A DNA stretch of 64,000 nt from Rhizophagus irregularis (lineage: Eukaryota), in assembly GCF_026210795.1 (NCBI RefSeq), contig NC_089430.1, forward strand, positions 682,001-746,000, written 5' to 3'. The position numbers and the translations under genes were made by a program. The first letter of the stretch is position 1, and each line of letters begins with the position of its first letter. Positions 53,481-64,000 of this stretch are shown in pieces. The notes beneath the pieces are model-generated. The model made no database searches. It saw nothing but the letters and a program-made list of their open reading frames with translations, and had not been told where the DNA came from.

Positions 53481-55041
53481 AATTTGAGGCGTTCGTAAAG
53501 GAATACTATATTAAAAGTATGTTTAAAAAGACTTTGTCGAGCTAGTCAACTGTATAATTTTATTAAAAGTTTAAAACTTTTACCATATGTATATACTATA
53601 AGATATGGAATGAAGTGTCGTATTCGCGAGTTGTTTGTGGTTTAATAAAAACAAACGAAAGCAAGTGATAGAAGACTATTTTTTAAAAATTTCTATTGCG
53701 CCATTTAATAAATTGAAAAATTGCGGAACAGAAAAATTGATCAAAAATCAAATTAATTTAATTAACGTTTTTATAACTCGTGATCGATCAATTAATTGAC
53801 CCAATCAATTACCAATCTATCTCGCTCAATTTGATTAAGAGCTGATTTCTCCAGCATAAATTCCTAACAATATTATCAAATTTTTTTTATTTGCCGAGCT
53901 GATAATCCTAAATTTTCCTTTTTTTTCAATAAATCAAAATAATTTAATTATTACAATACAAAATATTCGATAATTATTCACTTCAATGTTAACTAAAAAA
54001 TGGATGATAAAAATATTAAGTTTTTGACGAATTTGCTACAATGGATATACGGCTTTAACTTCTAATGTACTATCGAAGTTTTTAATTGTTTAAAGATAAA
54101 ATATTTAATTGATTTGCAACTTAACTAAGCAGTTAAAGGATTTGTGACTTTTTACGTCTTATTTTTTTGGGGTTAATTTATAGATAATCTGTGCATAAAA
54201 TCATAATATATGATAACTTTTTTTTTCTAAAAGCTAATGAAAAATTTTGATTTTATTTTGTGAATTGAAAATTTTTTTATTTGCGCATTTTCAAGTACGA
54301 CAATTTCTGCCAAGATTTATTCCTATGTGTAAGATTATTATCATTAACAATTTTAATTACAAATTTTTAAAATTAACTTTATTATAGTTAAAAGTCTAAT
54401 ATAAATTTAGCTAATAAAGTGACTTTAATTTGTACTATCATCGAAATATTAATCTTTTTTTCTTAATATAATAGAAGAATCGAAATCAGCATTAAAAAAT
54501 TTGAATAATTCAAATGGTACTAATTCATTAAAAGTTTATTACAATACTGTAATATTTACTAATAATAACTTAAAATTTATCAGATAACAAATTATAAGCT
54601 AAGAAATTTTATATATGAAATCTTATTATTCTAATCTTAAGTGTTGAATTTTTCGATATCTAAATGTTTTTGAAAAAATTTTTTATCATTTGCGATCGAA
54701 TATTAGGGTTATTGTGATTTTCATAAAAAAAAATGTTTCGTATACCATCATTAACTAAGGATCATGATAATTTTATTCTATTTGATATTATCTTTCTTAT
54801 AAGTATTGATTTTATGCTAAATTATAAAGAAACTTATAAGATGTTATTGTAAAAAATTTGACAATCCAACCTATTTATTATAAATAAATTTTTTTGTACA
54901 TAATATTTACGTCACTTCTTGTCATACTTTCATGAGGTTAAAGTCAACTTGTTGTAATAAATTCATGTATAACGAATGGAATAATCTGTCGTGATTTTAC
55001 CATAAATTTACGTTAAGGTATTTAATTTTCGCCAATATATG

Positions 55042-55202
55042 CCCAATAAATAGTTTTTGTATAAATTTATACCAAACGGGCTCATTGGCTCGAAATTAGC
55101 TCAAATTTATGCAAAAAATAATCCAAATTTAAGCCAATCTAGAGCCAATTATATATGGATGAGCCCATTTGGTACAAATTTATACAAAAACTATTTACTG
55201 GG
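55042..55202. mobile_element. Palindromic MITE, CACTA-like (CCC termini)
   Basis: CCCAATAAATAGTTTTTGTATAAATTT..GGGCTCAT / ATGAGCCC..AAATTTATACAAAAACTATTTACTGGG with 3-bp TSD ATG. Confidence 0.9.
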
Positions 55203-55386
55203 ATGGTATTATACATGTAATAATTTACATAAATTTATTAAAATTATTTAAATTACAAACTAAGAATTTTTGTAAAACATTTACTATTCTAGTCTTAGTG
55301 TATAAATAACCTAAATAAATAATAATAGATGGATAAATAAATGATAATAATTTAAAATATAAAAAAATATATTGTTAAAAGGCAAT

Positions 55387-57662
55387 TCAAAATCCATCTA
55401 AAGTTAAAAAATAACAAATTATAAATCAATTATTTGCTTTAAAAAGAAATTTAATTTATTTAAGAACTTACGATCAGGAATTTCCAGTTCATCTTGTTCT
55501 TCTGAATGAAGATTTGGATTATTATATACTTCGTCATCATCTATAAGAAAATAAACATAATTAAAATAGTATAAAAATTGTTTGTTATTACGTAAGATTT
55601 TCACCTACCATCGACATGTTGTTGAGTTATTTCCTTTTCATCATCTAAATTTTAAATGAAGGTCGCGTTAAATAACGAAATTGATATAGTAATTTTGTTC
55701 GTTAGTAATTAATTTACTTACTATTTGACTTTATTTGCAACTTTTTAAATAATTTAGATAATTTTTTATTACTATCTAAAAATTAAAATATAGATTTAAT
55801 ATATAAATCAATCTCTATTTGACAATAATTAAAATACATTACCTCTAAAAATAGTAATTACTTTTGATGATTTGCTATTTCGCTTATTTGATTTATTAAA
55901 ATCATTAACTAAAATAAATATCAATTATTAAACATCATTATGTAATAATTCAATGCTGTAATGTTAATAAATACTTACTATCGCGAGGAATGTTAAAATC
56001 ATACAATTTACTATGAAACACTATTAGTAGTAAAGTAATGTATTTTAAAAATTAAATTATTATAGTCACCAAAAAATGGTAAAAATTATTGTTTATATGG
56101 TTATACCTTCTTGTTCTTCTATTATAATAAAATGATAATATTAATAATGTATTTTAAAATAAATACATTCATTAATAAAATATTATAACTTATACCTTCT
56201 GTTGCATTTCTTGGTTCAGATAGATTTTCAAAGTTGTGAATTTTACTTGTAAATAATCTGCTATTCGTATAATTTTCTTCTACTTTATTCATTTCTAAAT
56301 TATCTATTTCTGATTTGAATAATTCATCTGACATATTTTGAAATTAATTTTATGCATTTTTCTCTCAAGTGCATTAACGTTGGGTCTTTTTAATGGATCA
56401 GCATCCCAACATTCTTTCATTAAATTTTTATATTCTAATGGAGTTCTTGGCACGATTTTTGGTCTTATACCGTTAATAATATTCATTACAATATCATTTT
56501 CATGTTCATATTTTATAAATGGTGTTTGTCCAGATGAAATTTCCCACATAAGAATTGCAATACTATAAATATCTGATGCAAAAGTATATTCTCTTCCAAC
56601 AATAACTTCGGGTGCTATGTAAGGAAGATTTCCATATATACTTGTTGAAGATTTATCAGCAGGTCCACAAAATCCAAGATCACTGATACACCACCGATCA
56701 TTAAATTGAGAATATAATATATTTCCAGAATGTAAATCTCTATGAATTGCTTTCTCATCATGAATATAACTAAGTGCAAGTATTACTTCATAAGTAATAT
56801 TAATTCTATCTTTCCATGTAAGTTGATTATGATTTTGTTGTAAATATTTTCTTAAATTTATATCCATTTTATTCATTACAAGCATATAATTTCCATTTGA
56901 TGGATTTTGCGTTAAACCATAACATCGAACAACATCCGCCCATTTATTACTTATAGTTAAATGTGATTTAGCCTAAAAAGCAGTAATTTGTAAAAATGCT
57001 CATATTAATATAAAACCTGCATAATTTTATACAATAAATTTAGAATATAATTATACAAACCTCTTCAAACCAACTTTGATTTGCATTTCTAAAGTTTTAA
57101 GTACTACTTCTGCCACCATGTTTTGCATTCCAGGTCTTTCAATTCTTTTTAATTGTTTTTTTTCAGAATCCCATTCATCATAACCTCCATTAATCCAATC
57201 TGCTGTATAAATTTCTGAGAATCCACCTTTTGTTAAATATTTTATATTTTCTAAATTACTATATGGGATCCATTCAACCACCATATTTGGCATAAGTGAT
57301 TCCATTTGACATTTCTGTATTAAATTATCAATATCATCATTCCCAGATGTCCAATTTGGAAAATTTTCTTGTAAATAATTTCGAACACAATATTCACAAT
57401 ATAATGTAGCTAAACATTCTTGGTTACAATTTTCACAAATTCTTTTTGTTCCTGAATTAAAAATAATTTTATTTCGATCATAAGTTTTAGTTAACCATCT
57501 TATTGCATAAGTATTTTCGTCATTTCTAAGAATTTTATCAGCAAGGACTGTTTGTTTTTGAAATTCAAATCGTTTGTGTATATCATCGTAAATATTAGTA
57601 TCTGTTAATGTTATTGCTCTATTAGTTGTTGCAGCAATTAATTCATATCGAAGAGTGGACAT
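55387..57662 (-). pseudogene. TKL-like protein kinase with multi-exon C-terminal tail and two frameshifts
   Basis: Motifs CENC..CEYC, WTSGN, WIPY, KGGFS, HRDLHSGN, DLG, YIAPE and tail DDDEVYNNPNLHSEEQDELEIPD. Exon 1 is 602 nt but joins a phase-0 exon (shift near 57088). A second shift lies near 56340. Confidence 0.85.
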
Positions 57663-59223
57663 AATGTAATCAATAAGAAAGAAAGATATAATTATTTTAA
57701 GTTCGTTACTACGAGATAAATTAGTAAAATGCAAATTGTTGATCAAACTTCATGCCCACATAAATTTTGTGATCTTGAGGCGTAGTATTTTACGCCTCAT
57801 AATCAAAAAAAGAAAAATATTATCGTACTTCAGTTTCTAATTTTAATTTTATTTATTTATTTTTTTTCAGCAAATACAATTTGTGTTTAACAAATTTGAT
57901 ATACTTAATGAATAGATAATATTCAGTTCCTTGATTATATTGATTAATATTCAAATAATTTAGTAAACGAAAATCAATGATTGTTATTCAACAGATTATT
58001 AATTTGTAGTTATTTTTAAATCTTACTTAAAAAACAATATATTGTTGATGAACGGGACAATTTTTCTTTAGTTATTTTAAATTGAATTTATTTTAAATAA
58101 ATAACATGGTGAATAATGAACATGAAAGATTATTAAGTAATCATTCAACTTATTATTCTACTAAAAAAGTCTATATATTATAATGATAGGTTTGAATAAA
58201 ATATATATGGTTAGTAAAAAAAAAAAAATAAATGAAGAGATAATTACATCATTATGTGTGTTACTTTAACAATTTAGTATAAATAATGAATAGATCAGGC
58301 GTAGGGATTTTCATATTATGGCACGATTTTCATATAAATTCTTACGTATTTTATTTATCGATAATCTGTGAAGTCTAACTTTATTTTGCATAATCTGGCG
58401 TTTAGAATAGCCTCCATGTAAATAATTTGAATTGTGTAATAAGATTTTTATATCAAGAATGGTTACTCGTGAGATTTAGTACATCATTGTCAACCAGATA
58501 AAGAAAGCTTTTAAGATGAAGTTTGGATCATCTATCCATTTAGTTTGTGGGCTTGACCGAGATGAGCAAAACTTAAATGACAAGAATGGGCTCTATTAAT
58601 AACCGTAGACTGATATTATAATAACTAAACTATTGTACTACTAAACAATCAATGAATCGATAAATGAAACTTTTTATGGCAAAAATGGTTCATTTTACTA
58701 TATCGATGCCAATGCAATGTTAAATGTGTGAATTTTCTATCATTGTTGATTAAAGTACTTCATTTATAGCGAGAATGAACATGCATAAGCTATACTATTC
58801 TGAGATTTATAAAAGCAAGAGTATAAGCGTGACATATCTGCCGATCCGCAGAACGCATAGCATCGAATTATCACTTGCATTCTGCAGATCGGTTAATATA
58901 AATGCAACGTGACTGACTTTCAAAATTAAGGAAATAAAGAAATACATATACCATAAATGTCAGATAATTTTACAGAAGTTTTTAGAGAAGTTTTTAACTG
59001 ACATAATTCATAATTTTTTTTTTATATATTTATGGATTTACGACAATCAAGTGAACTAATTGATATTATCGGAATTGTGATTTTTTTTTTTAGGGTCGTT
59101 TATTGTAAATCGCCCTATTAAATGATTTATTACAGATTTACAGGGTGTGTTTTGTCCGAAAAATGTTGAGGTAATATACAGAAAATGTACCGAGAATGCC
59201 GAAAGAAAAAAAAATACACTATA

Positions 59224-59569
59224 CAGTCAAACCGGCAAAAGTTCGGTATATATATAGTAGAAGCTCATGTAAGATTTAACAGTATAAATTATGTGAAATT
59301 TCAACCACGTGATCAAGTTCGGTATATGAAGAATTTTTTTTATATGCTTTATTATAAACGGTAAATCTTCTTTCCAGCTTCACATAAAATAAAATAAAAT
59401 AAATTATAAACGGTAAATCATAAAAGTTCGGTATACGTTATTTCGAGTTTATATGAAATTTGGTATATCGAGATTTTTTTAAATAATATGAACCCGGTTT
59501 TCAAAAAAAAGTTCGGTAAGTCAAGAGTTCGTTATATCGTGGGTTCGTTTATATATCGAGGTCAGACTG
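59224..59569. mobile_element. pogo/Tigger-like MITE, abutting a second CAGTCAGACC end at 59574
   Basis: TA|CAGTCAAACC ... GGTCAGACTG|TA with internal AAGTTCGGTATA repeats. Confidence 0.7.
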
Positions 59570-60485
59570 TATACAGTCAGACCGATATCCTATGTACTGA
59601 TAATTGCAAGTACCGATAAATTTTCCATGTTCTGTTTCACAACTAATAAAAAAACCTCGTTATACCAATATTATATATACTGTACTGTATTCCGATTTTT
59701 TTTATTTATTTTATCGAAACGTTTTTTAACGTTTTGAAATTTTACCGTTGTACCGATACTTTAAATTACACTGATATTAATTTGGACCACACTATAAATT
59801 TGGCCAGAGTTGAAATTATACCATAAATTGTTACCATTTCATGGTAAGGTTTTAGATAAAATTTTCTATAAATTGTACAATTGCATAATTAAGTCAGCCA
59901 ATAACTGAGCAAGAGAAATTTTAAACTTTTAATAAATCAATCAAATATAATAATAATAACTTTAATTTTCGATTATACTAATTTAATTTACATTTTGGTT
60001 TTGATTTAGTTTTTGGTGTCATTACCAACTATTTTGAGAAATAAAAGAAATAAAGAAAGTATTATTTAGAATCACATCAAATAAGGAAATCCTAATTTTA
60101 CTTGTTACCAAAATATTCATTTATATTTTGATTTAATAGTAAATTAATATAATAGATAGAAGATTATTCTTGCCATAAAAGTTTCCCCATTTTTAGTTGA
60201 TAATAATGATGTAAGAGTCACATTAGTCTCATTAGAATAAATTGATTTGATAGCTAGATAGATGATCCATACTTTCTAAACTTGTCACAAAAGTTTCCTT
60301 ATCTTGGTTTATAATGATGTAAATCTCATAAAAATAATCTCAATAACCATTCTTGCTATATAAATTTTACAATTTTGTCGATCTAAAAACTTATAATACC
60401 ATTTTTTTTAATAAAAACCACGCATTAAATTCTTTATCGAATATTGATTGTTAAATCTACTCAAGTAATAATTATTATTTGTATC

Positions 60486-62151
60486 ATGGATCAATCAAAT
60501 ATAGAAGAACAAAAATATGGAAGATGTATAGGATGTAAACAAATAAGTACATCACTCTTATGTTATACTTGTGATTCACTTTTTAAAGAAAGAAAATCTG
60601 GAAAGTGTATAGTATGCAAACAAATAAAGCAAAAAGCTAAGGGAACAAGAACATGTCATACTTGTTATTCAACTTCTCTAGAACAAAAATATGGAAAGTG
60701 TATAGAATGCAAGCAAATAAATACTGGAATTGATTGGTGTCAAACTTGTAATTCAAAAAGATTTCAACAAAATTTTAACAATTGGACTAGTAATAATGAT
60801 GATATTGATAAATTTATTCAAAATATTCAGTTATCAGCAAGAAATAAATATCAATTATTAGAGTGGATACCCTATGATAGATTTTCTGAAGTTGTATATG
60901 TTGCAAAAGGAGGATTTGGCAAAGTATATAAAGCAATTTGGCAAGATGGCAAGATATCACATTGGGATGTGAGTAAAAATCAATGGGAAAGAAATAGTGT
61001 GCGTATGCACGTAGCTCTTAAAAGTTTAAATGACTCTCAGAACCTCAAATCACAATTTATCAAGGAGGTAACAAAATTGGGTTATTGAATTTTTTTTCGA
61101 AATATTTTTGTTTTGCAAATTATAATAAATTTTGATAATTTAGATTACGTCACAACTCAAAATAGTTGAAGATAGACCACTGAACCAATTTATTAGATGC
61201 TATGGAATAAGTCAAGACCCAAATACAAAAGAATATATCATGGTTATGAAATTTGCTGATTGGGGAGGTTTGCGAAATTATTTTGATAAGAAAGAAAAAT
61301 ATGAAAAGAAATCGCGTGAAGAAAATATCCTCTATTTGAAATTGAGACGTAAAATTATTGTTATGAATTGTATTGCAACTGGGCTTAAGAGAATTCATGT
61401 AAAAGGATTAATTCATAGAGATTTACATACCGGAAATATAGTATGTTTTAAAAGTATGATTTGTATAACTGATATGGGATTATGTAAACCAGCAAATTAT
61501 GAGGAATTAGAAAATTCAGAAAATAATGCGTATGGCGTTTTACCTTATGTAGCACCTGAGGTTTTAAGAGGAGAACATTATACACAAGCATCCGATATTT
61601 ATAGTTTTGGCATAATTATGTATGAGGCAATTTCGGAAATGCCTCCATATTATGATATTAATCATGATGAAGTTTTAGCAGTAGAGATCTGTAAAGGGTT
61701 AAGACCCAATTTTAATATTAAAGTACCACAATTAATCATTGAATTAATAAAGAAATGCTTAGATGCAAAACCATCAAATCGACCAAATGCAAAGGATCTT
61801 TCAAGAATTTTTAAAGAATTAATGATAGATTTTAATAGACGTAAACCAGAATTAATTAAACAAATTGAAGAAATAAGCAATAGTTTATCAGATTTACCTT
61901 CAATAAATAAAATGAATACGATGCATTCTGGAGCTATATATACAAGTAGATTACTTAGTTTTAAAAATCTTCCCGAACCGAAAAATTCTGATGATTATTA
62001 TGAATATTTTGATAATATAACAAGTATGAAATATTCAGGTATTTATAAAAAATCTTACCTTATTACTCATTCAATCTACTTATATAAACTAATATTTAAT
62101 AAATATTTTTATGTAATGACAGAATGTTTGGATTGTGAAGTTAAAGATTGA
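60486..62151 (+). CDS. TKL-like protein kinase with three N-terminal CxxC-CxxC repeats, 3 exons (60486-61067, 61144-62038, 62123-62151)
   Basis: Motifs WTSNN, WIPY, AKGGFG, VALK, HRDLHTGN, DMG, YVAPE and SDIYSFG. GT-AG introns keep the frame. Confidence 0.92.
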
Positions 62152-64000
62152 AATAGAAATGTGTCATTTTATGTTCTTGGATTTTTGATGTGGTAGTCAC
62201 TTAGCACAATTATATAGTTTCTGTTTAACACGCACTGATTATGTGAACTTCTTTTTTTCATAAATAAAATCAATTTGTGATATGTTTATTAAAAATTATC
62301 ACCGATGAATTTTTAGTCAGTATAAACGTAGTAAATTCTAATTTTAAATGTGGAAATACTATTCGTAAAAAATCCAGATACCATGAAGAATAAAAGTATG
62401 AAGCATAAAGCATATAAAGTATATAAAATTACCATTAAGGACTAGGCCATGATTGGGCGAAATTCTTGGTTAATATGATTTTCTAGTTAAAATTGAAAAA
62501 ATTGAACTATATACAAATAAGTCATTTTGGTATTCTGCAATGGTCGCCCATGATCAGTTACCAGTCAGTCATAACTGGTAGTTAAGAACCTTTAACCAAT
62601 TACTGATCACTTTAGTTGACCATTTAACCGACCGTTTGACAACAAACTCTATAAATAATTTGAATTTGTGTAATATAGAAACGCGTGATATGTCCGTGCC
62701 TGATCTATTCCATAATTATTATAATTATTATGGCCTGTCTGGTCATGTATACATTCTGATCCAGTTCCGGTTAATGAAATTTTGATTGGATATTATTTAT
62801 AATACTAACAATAATTTATTTATTTCTTTTTTTTTTTGATCAGCATGTTTTTTTTTTTAAACCGAATTCCTTTTTTTTTGTATTATTAATATTTTTTATT
62901 TTTTATTTTTTTTTTCAAACCCGACTTATTTTATTTATTTTTTTTTTCTTCAGTTTTTTTTTTATTTTTGGTTTTTTTCAATGCCAATAATAATTTTTTT
63001 CGATCAGGTTTTTGTTTTTTCAGTCACCGAATATAAATTTTTTAAAATTATTTTCTATTTATTTTCAATACTGGAAAATAATTTTTTTAATTTTTTATTT
63101 CAGTCTTTTTCAAATACCGAAAATAATTTTTTTTTAATTGGTTTTTTTTTATTTTTTTGATTTAAGCTGAAAAATTTAATTTTTTTTAATTTTAACTGAT
63201 CTTTTTCTTTTAATTATCGCAATATCAAATATATAATATTTAGTACAGTGGCTATCAAAAAATTAAGTTTGAATTGTGTAATGTGTAGTATGCTGCGTCA
63301 AATCTACTAATAGATCGGTAGAGAATGCCAATAATTTCTTCTATATCAACATGAGATCTTTTCTGGTGTTTTTAAGTTTCTTTATTGGGTTCTAGAAGTA
63401 CTATGTGGGTTAGACTTTCAATAGTATTAAAGAAATGTAGTAACATTCTTTTTTTTTTGTTTTTAGACTACTCATCACTGGAACATTCTATAGACTTGAA
63501 CGAACCTGCACTTAGGTACTGTATATAGAGGGATGTTGGGTATAGCAATAATATACTGCCATATTTAAATTTTTTTATGTAAATTTCATATGATGTATAC
63601 TGACATTTTTACTAAAATTAAACAATTTTGGAGCAATAGAAGCAACGGATGGCTGCCAGTAATTAACTAAAGTTAATTATTTTTTATTTTGTTTGATATT
63701 TTGGGATTGTCTCAGTTTATAATAGGTATTTGGCGTTTATTTTTTAAAAAACAATCAAAATAAATTAATTAAAATTTCTTTTTTTATTCTCGGGCTTTAA
63801 ACAAATGAAATCAGTTTATCTTTGAACTTAAATGACTAAGCATCAATTGTAATTTTGCTTAATATAACGATTTTATTACGAGCAAATTTTTAATAAATAA
63901 AAACTCGCTCTTGATTACTTACTTCTCTTTATTCTTTAGCAGTAGCAATGCAATAGCATCATCTTTATCATCTTTTAAATTAAATTATTTTGACGCGCTT

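Overview
Very AT-rich, intron-containing eukaryotic DNA. Its expanded TKL-type kinases, Ty3/Gypsy and CACTA relics, many MITEs and short GT-AG introns suggest an arbuscular mycorrhizal fungus such as Rhizophagus (inference). The window holds four TKL-like protein kinase loci (one doubly frameshifted), a rearranged Gypsy element, a ~15 kb decayed CACTA/EnSpm region, about ten non-autonomous DNA transposons and several tandem arrays. The main finding is that the ~7.8 kb AT-rich 'satellite' at 19.0-26.8 kb reads as a chain of ~66 introns separated by 3-nt microexons (two of 6 nt) plus one 1-nt exon. By manual splicing these join an upstream start exon (18705) to the kinase at 26868-28065 in one stop-free ~486-aa ORF. 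Every codon in the chain is built across a splice junction, so exon skipping would keep the frame while rewriting the N-terminal sequence. Four other tandem arrays are also made of exon+intron units but look non-coding. All splice models are read by eye and have no transcript support here.
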